A stretch of DNA of 64,000 bases from a virus (IMGVR_UViG_3300020048_000007:96001-160000), one strand, 5' to 3'; positions 44,556 to 54,252 are shown, numbered from the stretch's first letter. Made by a program: numbers and translations. The notes: generated by a model from the sequence alone, not told the origin.

Positions 44556-44756
44556 TTATCGCATCTGCTTCTTCTCTGCTTCAGCTTTGTCTTTTAGCTC
44601 TTTATGGATACGATTGAGCATCCATGCTCTATCTTCAGAGACCATCTGGTCTTGTTCAAATAGCGACAGATGCCCATAATACTTGAGCTGGAACTGCTGT
44701 TCCATCAGGTGCTCGTATTGCCTGTCATATTGCTCAGGACTTTGATGGGCGAAAAA
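44556..44756 (-). CDS. Unannotated ORF after the tail chaperone (T-like frameshift extension; or ATG start at 44705)
   Basis: Frame open from the TTTTTTC run: FFAHQSPEQYDRQYEHLMEQQFQLKYYGHLSLFEQDQMVSEDRAWMLNRIHKELKDKAEAEKKQMR; no good RBS for the internal ATG. Confidence 0.7.
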   Translation of the reverse strand, partial: FFAHQSPEQYDRQYEHLMEQQFQLKYYGHLSLFEQDQMVSEDRAWMLNRIHKELKDKAEAEKKQMR

Positions 44757-45693
44757 ATGTGTCTGTAATCGGAAGTTCGATGGAGAACTCCTGATTACAG
44801 CTCGGGCATTCTATTTGGATACTGCTATCAATACCAGGTGTATTGTCTTTCATCCATTCACGAATAGCAGACGTATCCTGAGCATGCAGACGTTGCACGA
44901 AAGCCTTGATTTTGAAAGGATCGGTGCTCCCAAGAACACTGACGATGACCTTTTCAAGATTCTCTGTGACTGCTTCATCGAGTTCTTCGACCTTATTCTT
45001 TCGATCGAATGGGTTGCGTTTGGTCGACTTAGCGACGGACTTAGTATTCTTTCGCTTGTTGAGAATCGCATTAGCATCACCAGCACGTAAGTAGCGTATT
45101 TCGACCCACACATCGGCACCAGTCATGTTTGACATGTATGGTAAATGTATCTTGAACGGTTCTGGTCCAAGGTCTGGATTTGCCGGAATGACTGTCGAGT
45201 TAAGTTCATTTAGATCATACGTGTGCATGCTCATCACTGCACAGTTAGTATCTGGGCAAGTTACAGAAAATTCGTAAAGATTTCCGTATGTGATACCTCG
45301 CAGGAAGTATAGCAGGTAGACTCTGTCACCAAGCAGCAGATCAACTGGATCAAACCCATTTGGGAATCTGCAGCATTCTTTGAATAGGTAGTCGATTGAT
45401 TGCCCTGTTGCTGCCAGTCTTTGTGTGGCTAGGACTTTTTCTGCTGTTTGTCCCATCGCTTTCACTTGTACTACACCGTCAGGCCAACCGTAGTACAGTC
45501 CTTTGCTGGGAAGGGAGCATTCTTCCCATGGGATCAATTGCTCTTGAGGCGCATTTAAAATGGCATCTAAGATCGAGGCGTTATTTGTAATATCACTAGG
45601 TACTACTTTACCATAGTGTGCACTGAAATCGTTGTCAACTTGATTGACTTGTGGCTGATCTTCGCTACCATCCAACGAGATGTTTTCTGACAT
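44734..45693 (-). CDS. T4 gp26-like baseplate hub assembly protein / tail assembly chaperone
   Basis: LPSKGLYY, VKAM..EKVL, DLLLGDRVYLLYFLRGITYG, CPxxxC and CPSC, ends ELPITDTFFRP. Confidence 0.8.
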   Translation of the reverse strand: MSENISLDGSEDQPQVNQVDNDFSAHYGKVVPSDITNNASILDAILNAPQEQLIPWEECSLPSKGLYYGWPDGVVQVKAMGQTAEKVLATQRLAATGQSIDYLFKECCRFPNGFDPVDLLLGDRVYLLYFLRGITYGNLYEFSVTCPDTNCAVMSMHTYDLNELNSTVIPANPDLGPEPFKIHLPYMSNMTGADVWVEIRYLRAGDANAILNKRKNTKSVAKSTKRNPFDRKNKVEELDEAVTENLEKVIVSVLGSTDPFKIKAFVQRLHAQDTSAIREWMKDNTPGIDSSIQIECPSCNQEFSIELPITDTFFRPSKS

Positions 45694-45753
45694 ATAATGC
45701 TCCTAAAAGGCTGCCTTATCTACGTATTATGAGTCTGCGTTTATACTTTAGTC

Positions 45754-46287
45754 TTATAGAGGATTTGGGTCGATTTCTTCGGCCCAATCATATGTGATAG
45801 TGAGATCAACGAATTTTAAATCAGAACTGGTATACGTTAGATCTCCGTGCTTAATGACTGAAAGCCAGCTCCCTATCAATTTAAAGGTCTGCTGAATCTG
45901 GCCAGTTTGATCGTATACCTTTATTACTGATTCTTTTTTATAGTTACTCGCAGTCTTTAGACCAGTCTCTTCCCAGACGGATTTACGCCATCTTATTAGA
46001 TATGGCAATAAATAATCAGTATCGTAAAAAGTCAGTCTAATATCATCGTATACAGCGCCACTTGCGAATTTATATTTTAAACTGGCACCGGTATATTCTT
46101 CTTTTTCGAATGTAATACTCGGCAGCGAAACGTCTTTTGCGTAGACTAAAGCTGTGCCTTTCGCTGCATTTTCTTCGAACAACGTTGCTACCTCCCAAGT
46201 GAAGGTTGGTATAAACGTTGTAAGTGACAGGGCTTCGTTATCACCAAACCCATTAAATTCGGTTCCTACAACATTAAATCCTGCCAT
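45754..46287 (-). CDS. Tail tube protein paralogue 3 (gp19-like)
   Basis: VSLPSITFE, LTFYDT, FKLIGSWLS, LTITYDWAEE. Confidence 0.8.
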   Translation of the reverse strand: MAGFNVVGTEFNGFGDNEALSLTTFIPTFTWEVATLFEENAAKGTALVYAKDVSLPSITFEKEEYTGASLKYKFASGAVYDDIRLTFYDTDYLLPYLIRWRKSVWEETGLKTASNYKKESVIKVYDQTGQIQQTFKLIGSWLSVIKHGDLTYTSSDLKFVDLTITYDWAEEIDPNPL

Positions 46288-46288
46288 T

Positions 46289-46813
46289 TTACTTTTCCTG
46301 TATGAATCTGTTATATCTTACGGACATTTTGACTTCTGATAATTCATTATCAGCATATGATAAGTCACCAGGATCGTATGATGCGATCGAACAATCGAAC
46401 AATGTGTACTTCAAATATGGCAAACCAGCACCATCTTCACGCTCTATAATAGTGATAAAACCGTAACCAGTGTTGCCATTATCCTTGAATTTGCTACCAA
46501 TCTTTCCGCCAAAAACATTTGGTAGTTTTTCAAAGATCAGTCTGTTAACCAGGCTGTCATTAGAAGCAGAGAGCACCTCGTAGAATACCACATCAATTGG
46601 TTTATACTTGTGTTTACCAGGTAGAGATATGTAGTCAGCGCCATTATGGGCTACCATCTCGTCATATTCAATGGACGGTAAAGTTATACTCTTGACATTA
46701 AGATTCATGTCAGTGTCTGCAAACGACATAGACACACTAAATCTATGCTTTCTACCGACTTCCATCATATTACCGGGACCGGTTCCGCTACCGTTAATAT
46801 TGAATCCTGGCAT
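46289..46813 (-). CDS. Tail tube protein paralogue 2 (gp19-like)
   Basis: ITLPSIEYDE, PIDVVFYE, YTLFDC, LSYADNELSEVKMSVRYNRF. Confidence 0.8.
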   Translation of the reverse strand: MPGFNINGSGTGPGNMMEVGRKHRFSVSMSFADTDMNLNVKSITLPSIEYDEMVAHNGADYISLPGKHKYKPIDVVFYEVLSASNDSLVNRLIFEKLPNVFGGKIGSKFKDNGNTGYGFITIIEREDGAGLPYLKYTLFDCSIASYDPGDLSYADNELSEVKMSVRYNRFIQEK

Positions 46814-46828
46814 AGTCTTCTCTCATAT

Positions 46829-46854
46829 AAAAATGGGGAGCATTCCTGCTCCCC
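46829..46854 (-). terminator. Rho-independent terminator after the major tail tube gene
   Basis: GGGGAGCA-GGAA-TGCTCCCC followed by ATTTTT. Confidence 0.8.
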
Positions 46855-46865
46855 TCACATTATTA

Positions 46866-47399
46866 TCAGCTAGCTGTACGCAATGCTCTATCGTACTTCA
46901 TCGTAGCTTGGCATGTCATCAATTCATTGGCGCTATAATCTAGCTCCTGCCAATTAATTGTTTCTGGCCATGTACCGTACATTGTCCATGCTTCAGAGAC
47001 CCCACCCTGGCCGTTCAACATCGTCAATTTGCCTTCTCTTTTATATTGAGAAGGAACTGCGACATTGATCGATCCTAGATCGCAGACTGTGTTTAACCAC
47101 TGATAAAGACCAGCTGAGATGTCCGGTGATTGTTCAGCGTCATACCATGTCAATGTGACCGGTTCCCATTCTTGCTTACCAGCGTAGTAAATGACTTCTT
47201 GGTTGTGGTGCTTATCAGCAGAAGTAAACTTGAATGAAGGTCTTGCGGCTGATTGCAAGTTCAAAAGCTCTTCTGGCCTCCAAGCTCCACCGCCGCGACC
47301 AAGAGTAGCGAAAACCCAGCGGTGTTTTCTTCTGATTTCAAGCGTATTCGTTGGACCTCGTCCGTCCCCACCAGCACCGGTTACGTTAAAACCTGGCAT
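46866..47399 (-). CDS. gp19: Major tail tube protein (gp19-like)
   Basis: RRKHRW, YYAGKQEWEPVTLTWYD, WTMYGTWP, ELDYS, MKYDRA; directly after the sheath gene. Confidence 0.9.
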   Translation of the reverse strand: MPGFNVTGAGGDGRGPTNTLEIRRKHRWVFATLGRGGGAWRPEELLNLQSAARPSFKFTSADKHHNQEVIYYAGKQEWEPVTLTWYDAEQSPDISAGLYQWLNTVCDLGSINVAVPSQYKREGKLTMLNGQGGVSEAWTMYGTWPETINWQELDYSANELMTCQATMKYDRALRTAS

Positions 47400-47425
47400 G
47401 TTAGTACTCCTAGAAAGGTTTACTT

Positions 47426-47433
47426 GATATTTG
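47426..47433 (-). promoter_or_regulatory. Putative late promoter variant CAAATATC
   Basis: 27-34 nt upstream of the tube start, just after the sheath terminator. Confidence 0.4.
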
Positions 47434-47445
47434 ACTTGTTATACT

Positions 47446-47481
47446 AAAATGCCCCTTAGAACAAGTGGTCCTAAGGGGCAT
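47446..47481 (-). terminator. Rho-independent terminator after the sheath gene
   Basis: ATGCCCCTTAG..CTAAGGGGCAT 11-bp stem followed by TTTT. Confidence 0.8.
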
Positions 47482-47495
47482 CCGGAAGAAGTTTT

Positions 47496-50387
47496 TTAGG
47501 CACCAGCAGCAGTAGCAACACCACCAGCGGCGAGAACAGCCTCTGATGAGAAGTTAGCGCCAGTGTTAATCACAGCAATGTTTAACACAATGAATTCAAC
47601 AGCACGAGTGGGCTTGATGAAGACCGAAACCCAAAGCTCGTTCCTATCAATTCTTTCAGGAGTATTATTCGAAGCATCGCAAACAACCTTAAAGGCTGTT
47701 AAACCACGGCGGCTCTGAATATCACCAAGGAAAGGATTGACAGTCGTCACGACTTGATCCCAAAGAGCCTTGTCATTAGGTTCAAAAATGAACGATCGCA
47801 AGGTCTGAGTGAGGACCTTCTTGATATAAATCAAAAGCATCCTGACATTAACACGCGACAAAGACGTGTCAACTCTCTGCAACGTTCTTTGGCCCCAGAC
47901 CACAATGCCATCTTGAGGGAACTTGATAAGCGGATTAACCGAATTACCAGAACCATAGAGCAATTCATTTTCACCCTGCGTCGGTGTGTACTCGACTTCA
48001 AGAGCCGTCAGAACACGACCACGAGTCAGTCCAGCCGGAGCGAACCATTGTTCAGTAGTACGAGATGTACGGCTGAAAACAGCTGCAACGTGACCGCTAG
48101 GTGGAATGTATACTTCGTTAACATTGAACTGGTCATAATACTTCACCCAACCCCAGTAAAGAGCTCCATAGCTGCTATTAATGGCGCTAGCAAGATCCGA
48201 GAAAAGCATGCCGTTATGCCAGTCGACCACCTGCTGTGGTCTCAGACCAAACGGTGGATCAATGATGTAAAGTACATCACCTCTAGCCTCGCAGATCGAA
48301 AGACCAGTCGCAATCACAGCACCGGATGAAAAGCCAGGGGTAAGCAACAGGTTTATGTCGTAGGTTTCCTTATTTTGGAGACCATACAAACCACTTGCCT
48401 GCGCAGCGTTACCAATCACAGCGGCATCGACAGCACCAGAATAAGCTGGATCAGTTGGGATGCCGTTTTGCTGACCTGAGAATGGAGCCTTATTCAACGT
48501 GCTAGGATTACGAACTTCATAATCCGTCATCGTAGGATCATTGCGGATGTAAGCAGGACGCTCTTCCCAATTGATTGTCTTAGCACCCTGAGTTCCGCCG
48601 TACTTGGTACCCGGGTTCAGGTAGTTGCCCACGTAATTGTCAGCGGTCTTATCAAACACCACATCCCGGAAAACCTCAACCGCAATGCCGTTTTTGTCGA
48701 TGACGGACACAACGTAACGGTTAGCAGATTCACCAACAGCATTGGTGAAGAGACTAACGTCTAATTTGTACTGGTCAACCCACGTTCCTGGGCTCGTCGC
48801 TACGAAGTATCCAACGATATTGGCGTAGTAATCTGCATCGGCAATATCTTCAGGTGCGCCAGCATCTGTCGAGCTGCCGGGAGGCAAACTCGTTCTTACA
48901 TCGATGAAGCCACGGAAATGGCCTTCATAAGGGTATGCTATGCCAAGAGTCTGTGCGAATTTAAGGGTCTTAACATTGCTGTAATTGGCAAGCATCACCA
49001 ATGCATCTTGATCATTATCAACGGTGGTCAGGATGAGCGTGTATTCACGTCCACCAGGTGCCGTTAATTTAAGAGCATTGAAGAGCGTGCCGCCTGGCAC
49101 GACACCAGCAGCGTTAATAGCAGCCACAAGGCTATCGGTAGGAACAGCGTTAACGCCAGTTCCTAAGGGGACGTTAAATGTAACCGATGTGGTAGCGGTT
49201 TTGCCGACAACGTTGATCTTAACGCGATTGTTAGCATTGGTGATATTATAAGGACCGTTATCGGTGGCTAGGAGGTGAGCTCTTGGGATGTCATAGGCGT
49301 ATTGTTGTGTGCCTACTTCGAGAGCGAACCCAGCCGTACCTTTTACTTGAATCCATTGCCCACCTTGATCGGTGATCAAAGAAGGAATATCAGTCAATAC
49401 ATCGTTGATCAATACCTGATTTACTACGAAATCGAAATCTGCGACAAATGAATTGTCTTTAACCAAAGAGCTCATTGCAGTGACAAAGCTAGCGACTGTC
49501 TCGAATCTTGCTGTGCTAGGCGTGGTCTGAGTGGCGATAATTGGCGTTGGGATGATATATTCGTGTGAATTTACACCCTCGACCGATATTGTAAAACGCC
49601 TGTTGTTTGGATTAGCATAAAACGTAAACGTGTCATTTACGTCCAGCACACCTGAATTAAGAGTGATAACACCGGTCAGGCCCGCACCAATTGTGAACTG
49701 GCCGGAAATACCGCTTGCTGTATTCTCTGTCAGTGTGCCGTCAGTTACAAGACCAGCTTTGTTATAGATGGAATATGTGGCACCTTCGATTTGGAGACCT
49801 GGCGTGATACTGGTAGGTGCACCTGTTATCACAAGCAGGTAAGAGTCTTCCTCAGCTCCAGTGAACGTCCCGCTAATGTTTAATTCAGCGTCAGTAGCCC
49901 CATCTGTGAGGCTAAAAACAGCGTCTTTGTAATCGGCTTGGTTTAAGCCGGCTTCGCTGGTGACGTAAGCGTCGTGAAAAACCAATGGGTTTTCAGCTGT
50001 CACCGGTCGTAGGTTTATTCTTCCGTAGTCAATGCCAGTGAATAGTCCGAGTCTGCCCCAGCCGAACTCCTTGGAGCCGTCTGCGGAGATGGCGACGGAG
50101 CTTAAAGCTTCATCGAGACCTTCCTCGTATTCAACACCGACGCGAACCACGTAACATTGGTTACCTTCTTCAAGGTAAGCAAGCACTGCATACATCAGAT
50201 AGCTTTCAACGAAAGGCTCACCGAACGTATCGAGAGCCTGTTGCGCTGTTGTAATGTATGTTGGTGTATTCAGAGGACCGCGTTGAGCGGTGCCAACAAA
50301 AGCTGGGCGTAGGGGGCCTACAGCAGCTGGCAAGACACTAAGGTCTATCTCTCTTGGAAAAACACCCGGACTTAAATATACTGCCAT
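47496..50387 (-). CDS. gp18: Contractile tail sheath protein (gp18-like), 963 aa with large insertions
   Basis: YLSPGVFPREID, FVGTAQRGP, SSYGALYW, WFAPAG..RG, VVWGQRTL, RVNVRML, FEPND, IKPTRAVEFI. Confidence 0.96.
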   Translation of the reverse strand: MAVYLSPGVFPREIDLSVLPAAVGPLRPAFVGTAQRGPLNTPTYITTAQQALDTFGEPFVESYLMYAVLAYLEEGNQCYVVRVGVEYEEGLDEALSSVAISADGSKEFGWGRLGLFTGIDYGRINLRPVTAENPLVFHDAYVTSEAGLNQADYKDAVFSLTDGATDAELNISGTFTGAEEDSYLLVITGAPTSITPGLQIEGATYSIYNKAGLVTDGTLTENTASGISGQFTIGAGLTGVITLNSGVLDVNDTFTFYANPNNRRFTISVEGVNSHEYIIPTPIIATQTTPSTARFETVASFVTAMSSLVKDNSFVADFDFVVNQVLINDVLTDIPSLITDQGGQWIQVKGTAGFALEVGTQQYAYDIPRAHLLATDNGPYNITNANNRVKINVVGKTATTSVTFNVPLGTGVNAVPTDSLVAAINAAGVVPGGTLFNALKLTAPGGREYTLILTTVDNDQDALVMLANYSNVKTLKFAQTLGIAYPYEGHFRGFIDVRTSLPPGSSTDAGAPEDIADADYYANIVGYFVATSPGTWVDQYKLDVSLFTNAVGESANRYVVSVIDKNGIAVEVFRDVVFDKTADNYVGNYLNPGTKYGGTQGAKTINWEERPAYIRNDPTMTDYEVRNPSTLNKAPFSGQQNGIPTDPAYSGAVDAAVIGNAAQASGLYGLQNKETYDINLLLTPGFSSGAVIATGLSICEARGDVLYIIDPPFGLRPQQVVDWHNGMLFSDLASAINSSYGALYWGWVKYYDQFNVNEVYIPPSGHVAAVFSRTSRTTEQWFAPAGLTRGRVLTALEVEYTPTQGENELLYGSGNSVNPLIKFPQDGIVVWGQRTLQRVDTSLSRVNVRMLLIYIKKVLTQTLRSFIFEPNDKALWDQVVTTVNPFLGDIQSRRGLTAFKVVCDASNNTPERIDRNELWVSVFIKPTRAVEFIVLNIAVINTGANFSSEAVLAAGGVATAAGA

Positions 50388-50423
50388 TGTGCGTACTCCA
50401 TCAGTCTCATAGGCGATCTGATG

Positions 50424-50431
50424 TATCTTTG
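50424..50431 (-). promoter_or_regulatory. Putative late promoter motif CAAAGATA
   Basis: 37-44 nt upstream of the sheath start. Confidence 0.55.
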
Positions 50432-50458
50432 CGTAGCCTTCGGCAGCACCTTAAATCA

Positions 50459-50683
50459 TCATGCCTGCGAATTGCTATCAAAGACCACCTTAAGAAATCC
50501 ACGCTTACACAAGTTCTCAATCTGATCCATCATGAGATGGTCTTTAGGTAACAAAGCATCTTTGCCTGGCGCTAACCTCACCTGGTTCTCATTAGTATAG
50601 AACTCAGTACCTGGAGGTCTAACTTGCAGAGAAATCATCTGGCGGCTGCAATTGTAAACTCTAATCTCGTCGGAAATAGCCAT
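50459..50683 (-). CDS. Small hypothetical protein (74 aa) upstream of the sheath gene
   Basis: GAGG RBS; in the neck-tail operon. Confidence 0.7.
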   Translation of the reverse strand: MAISDEIRVYNCSRQMISLQVRPPGTEFYTNENQVRLAPGKDALLPKDHLMMDQIENLCKRGFLKVVFDSNSQA

Positions 50684-50690
50684 GTGTGCC

Positions 50691-51530
50691 TCAGTTCAAA
50701 GGTTCTGACCAAATAGTAGCATTGTACTGCGATGAAGGAGCAAGAGTATCACCAGATCTCTCACCAATAACACCAACAGTTCCCAATACTGTAGGTACTA
50801 ACTTCGGCGGCAGAGGCAACCAAGCTTCAGCAGTAAAAGAAAACTCATACCTCACATTAGCCTGCTGATCAAACCCAGTCTCCTTATCACTAGCATCAGA
50901 GCCACCCTCAAACCTCAACTGTACATTGCCAGCCAAATGAGCATCAAACATCCTGAACTCAGCTATGGGATTAAACCTAGTCGCGATCTGATAATTCACA
51001 TACTCAGCATCACGCTTAAACTCAGTCCAGACTATCATAGAATACTTCACTAGAAAAGGCACAGGGCGGTAATACTTAGCAGCAAGGGTACCAGCCTTGT
51101 TCATATACCTAAAACTCATAGAATGATAAGTAGGACTAAACTTGTCTTGATTAAACTCAAAGCTCTCACGAGTAATAGCAGCCAAAGGCAATCTCACCCG
51201 ACCCTCGTTCAAATCATCAGCCCATATCAAAATGCTCTTATCACCACCCGAAATCTTCACACGCATGAATCTATAACTGTCTTTGGTCGGTACCCTAATA
51301 CCTGAAAAATATTGTTTTATAGCATCATCCAAAGATCTAAACCCAGGCATTAAAAACTCTTCAAGATGATAAGGATACGTCTCTAAATCCTTACCACCAA
51401 TGCCCGTTCTGCCACCCTCAGAATGACTTGATTGCCTAACAGAAGGAATCTCAGCCAACCCCAAAGGTAAATCCCTGGTCGCTTCTGGTGACTTGATCGA
51501 AAAGTCAGAATTAAAATTATATGTCCCCAT
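50691..51530 (-). CDS. Tail terminator/completion protein (gp15-like)
   Basis: LDDAIKQYF, RLPLAAITR, PVPFLVKYSMIVWT, RYEFSFTAEAWLP; position upstream of the sheath gene. Confidence 0.7.
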   Translation of the reverse strand: MGTYNFNSDFSIKSPEATRDLPLGLAEIPSVRQSSHSEGGRTGIGGKDLETYPYHLEEFLMPGFRSLDDAIKQYFSGIRVPTKDSYRFMRVKISGGDKSILIWADDLNEGRVRLPLAAITRESFEFNQDKFSPTYHSMSFRYMNKAGTLAAKYYRPVPFLVKYSMIVWTEFKRDAEYVNYQIATRFNPIAEFRMFDAHLAGNVQLRFEGGSDASDKETGFDQQANVRYEFSFTAEAWLPLPPKLVPTVLGTVGVIGERSGDTLAPSSQYNATIWSEPLN

Positions 51531-51531
51531 G

Positions 51532-51831
51532 TTAAGACAGCTTTCCAATCACTACATTAGGGTCACGAAGAGTTTTTAGATAGGCCAAAGTAGATTCACT
51601 CAGCCTATCACGTTCTTCCTTAGTGAAAACCTGAGCATTACCAACCACCTTGGCTTCCAAATTCAGAACACTATCGCTCACACTCCTAGGAGACTTCTCA
51701 AACTTCGGAGAATAGCCTAAATCCTTAAAATCAGCAGAAATATTCGCCGCAAGCTTATTAATAAGCCTATGGCTAGCAATGGCCAAAGCTTTCTTAATAT
51801 TAGATTGATTCACGATAAGCTCCATTAGCAT
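51532..51831 (-). CDS. Hypothetical protein (99 aa)
   Basis: ORF in the neck operon, coupled to neighbours. Confidence 0.55.
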   Translation of the reverse strand: MLMELIVNQSNIKKALAIASHRLINKLAANISADFKDLGYSPKFEKSPRSVSDSVLNLEAKVVGNAQVFTKEERDRLSESTLAYLKTLRDPNVVIGKLS

Positions 51832-52435
51832 GAACCTGAATCTCTTCAGCCATCGGAGGTAGCTCAGCGGGCCTCACAGCAATATCAGCATTCAACGTCT
51901 CTACATTACAGGTGAAATAAATCCAAGTGTATCGAAAATTCCCAGAAGGAGAAGCGTTTATGACCCTATAATTGCTCGGTGATCTGTCCTGCATAGCAGC
52001 ATTGAATGGCAACTGGATCACATCTCCAGTACGCAGCATCCTGTCACCGAATAGACCATATATCTGTCGATGGCTAAAAACCACTTCTGCTTTATTGACA
52101 GAATCGGCACCCCACTTCTTCAATTCAGTCTCTATGGGAGAAGGCTTAAAGAACGCCTTGAGCAGCTCAGAAGTCCAATAAGTGGGATCAGCATCTTCAT
52201 CCCAAACCACATCATAATCAGCGTTATCAGTGCGGACGAATACTTTCACCTCTGCGCCACTGATATTGATCATCTCATCAGCTAAAGTTCTAGCTGTCTT
52301 TATCTCAGGAGCTTCAGAATTGAAAATCGATAGGGACGAATTTTGTTTTTCCGTGTCTGATCTAAAGTCAGGAGCGGCTTCGTCAAACGAGCCCTGTGAC
52401 CCAAGCATGTCAGATCCAAACTGATAAATAGACAT
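51800..52435 (-). CDS. Neck/head-closure protein (gp14-like)
   Basis: DEMINISGAEVKVF, DVVWDEDA, LRTGDVIQLPF, YRVIN motifs. Confidence 0.75.
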   Translation of the reverse strand: MSIYQFGSDMLGSQGSFDEAAPDFRSDTEKQNSSLSIFNSEAPEIKTARTLADEMINISGAEVKVFVRTDNADYDVVWDEDADPTYWTSELLKAFFKPSPIETELKKWGADSVNKAEVVFSHRQIYGLFGDRMLRTGDVIQLPFNAAMQDRSPSNYRVINASPSGNFRYTWIYFTCNVETLNADIAVRPAELPPMAEEIQVHANGAYRESI

Positions 52436-52453
52436 GAGAAACTCCCTCTGGAG

Positions 52454-52461
52454 TATCTTTA
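52454..52461 (-). promoter_or_regulatory. Putative late promoter motif TAAAGATA
   Basis: 19-26 nt upstream of the gp14-like start. Confidence 0.55.
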
Positions 52462-52463
52462 AA

Positions 52464-52961
52464 TTACGATTTTATCTGCCAAGGAGGGATTGGGGGCAAT
52501 ATGCCACCGAGAAGCAAGCCAGCCTGCACATCAGTTACGTAGGGACTTTGTTCCGGGCTTGGTATGTCTTTAAAATCAGGAGAAGGACAAAAACCTGTAT
52601 CATTCATTTTACAATAATCAAAGCTCTCAGTCACAGTCTGATCTTCTACAGCCAAACTACGCAAAATTGCATAATAATCAATAAGATTATTACAGGGACA
52701 ATCTCTAGATTGCTCTGGAAATACAAAGAACCTAGTTCTCCAGCCGCCCCTGCCCCAGTCTACCCCGTACTTAACATAAGACCCAGGTATCCCAGCAAGA
52801 GCGTCCTTTAAAACCACATAACCACTACCACATTTTAACTCATTTGCATAAGCATATGATAAAGTTCTGCTTGAAACATATGAAGTAGGCTCACACCCTG
52901 GCACAATCAGACGATTGCCCGGCAATATTTCGATTTGATGTGATTCAAAAACTTTTGACAT
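52464..52961 (-). CDS. Hypothetical Cys-rich protein
   Basis: 165-aa ORF between neck genes. Confidence 0.65.
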   Translation of the reverse strand: MSKVFESHQIEILPGNRLIVPGCEPTSYVSSRTLSYAYANELKCGSGYVVLKDALAGIPGSYVKYGVDWGRGGWRTRFFVFPEQSRDCPCNNLIDYYAILRSLAVEDQTVTESFDYCKMNDTGFCPSPDFKDIPSPEQSPYVTDVQAGLLLGGILPPIPPWQIKS

Positions 52962-52971
52962 CTCAGGCTCC

Positions 52972-53754
52972 TTACCACGTATGAACGCTTAGTGGTTCAC
53001 CTAAGAGAATGGCCTCATTAATGATTTCTTTTTTCTTTTCTTCACCCTCGGTTACCAGTTCACCACCATCATAACTAATGCTTCCACCATCTGGTGTTGG
53101 CATACCATTGATTTTGCGACGACCAGCGCCGAGAGCAATTCTGGCCTCTGCTGTCATCATTTCATAAGTGAGGTATCTTGCCTGCGGTGATCTAAAATGA
53201 GTCACAACTGGGATGTATTGGACAACCACCGGAAAGGCTCCCTTTGGAGTTGGGTATAACCTTATTTTTTGATCTTTTGAAGAGAGGCTATCACCGGTAC
53301 CAGTGCCTGTTCCTTCATTAATCACCTCCCAGTGACCCTCGGTGCCAAGCACTTTTTGGGAGAATTTTCTATAAGCGGCAAGAAGATGGTAATCGACAAG
53401 TATGTTTTGGATGCCAGATATATTACCTATATTGAAAAGAAATGACTCCGCCCCAAACACGTCATCTATTCTGGTTGTAAGTGGGTCCCAATTACAAGAT
53501 TGAATCCAATATGCATCTGCAGGCATTGGATACGTATTTTTCAAAGGCGTTGTATAAAACATAGCTAGCTTTTGTTCGCGTGGGAAGTATCCTGCGATAA
53601 AGTCGCCAGCGACCTTGAATATCGTTTCCCATTGATCTTCTTGGATTTCTACCGCGACATTTGGGTAGCCAAGCTTAGATAATACATATTTCTTACACGG
53701 ATCGCTATTTAATTTCAAAACAGAAGGTAAATCTTGAGGCCCGATAATAGCCAT
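52972..53754 (-). CDS. Neck protein (gp13-like head-tail adaptor)
   Basis: KKYVLSKLGYPNVAVEI..Q, KIRLYPTP, ALGAGRRK..PDGGSISYDG..EGEE. Confidence 0.85.
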   Translation of the reverse strand: MAIIGPQDLPSVLKLNSDPCKKYVLSKLGYPNVAVEIQEDQWETIFKVAGDFIAGYFPREQKLAMFYTTPLKNTYPMPADAYWIQSCNWDPLTTRIDDVFGAESFLFNIGNISGIQNILVDYHLLAAYRKFSQKVLGTEGHWEVINEGTGTGTGDSLSSKDQKIRLYPTPKGAFPVVVQYIPVVTHFRSPQARYLTYEMMTAEARIALGAGRRKINGMPTPDGGSISYDGGELVTEGEEKKKEIINEAILLGEPLSVHTW

Positions 53755-53822
53755 GGTTTTCTCCTTTTTATAATTTGAGTAGACATAATAACAGCTATCG
53801 GAGAATATATCATTTTGCGTTA

Positions 53823-54239
53823 TTATGTTTTAACGTTTTTGGGTGCTTTACCTTTTCCCTGACCACCACTTCTTTTCCGTTTAGCTGCACTTGCTTTTTC
53901 TTTGTCTGTCATATCTGCGGCTTTTGCTGATGGCACGCATTTTGGATACTTCCTGTCTGGGTTATCAGCATCTGGCCTCCCACATTCAGGGTGTTTGCCA
54001 TCTTTCTTTGCGCCGATGTCTACCCATTTTTCATTAAACCATGTGCTGAGATCTTCATTCCAGCTTGCCTGCTTCTTGCCTTTGGAGTCAGGCTGTGTGC
54101 CTTTGCATACTTGTACTGCATAACCATTAGCGTAGGCACTTGGGTATTTCTTGTATTTTCTTTTAGCGGCTTCTTTGCCACGCTTACACAGCTTCGTTTC
54201 TTCTATTAGCTTTTCATATTCAAGTGTAAAAGTTTTCAA
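53823..54239 (-). CDS. Basic, Cys-containing hypothetical protein of a family seen in aquatic T4-like phages
   Basis: CKRGKEAAKRKYKKYPSAYANGYAVQVC and EDLSTWFNEKWVDI..CGR..YPKCVP modules; TTG start. Confidence 0.75.
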   Translation of the reverse strand: MKTFTLEYEKLIEETKLCKRGKEAAKRKYKKYPSAYANGYAVQVCKGTQPDSKGKKQASWNEDLSTWFNEKWVDIGAKKDGKHPECGRPDADNPDRKYPKCVPSAKAADMTDKEKASAAKRKRSGGQGKGKAPKNVKT

Positions 54240-54252
54240 ATCTCTGGCCTTT

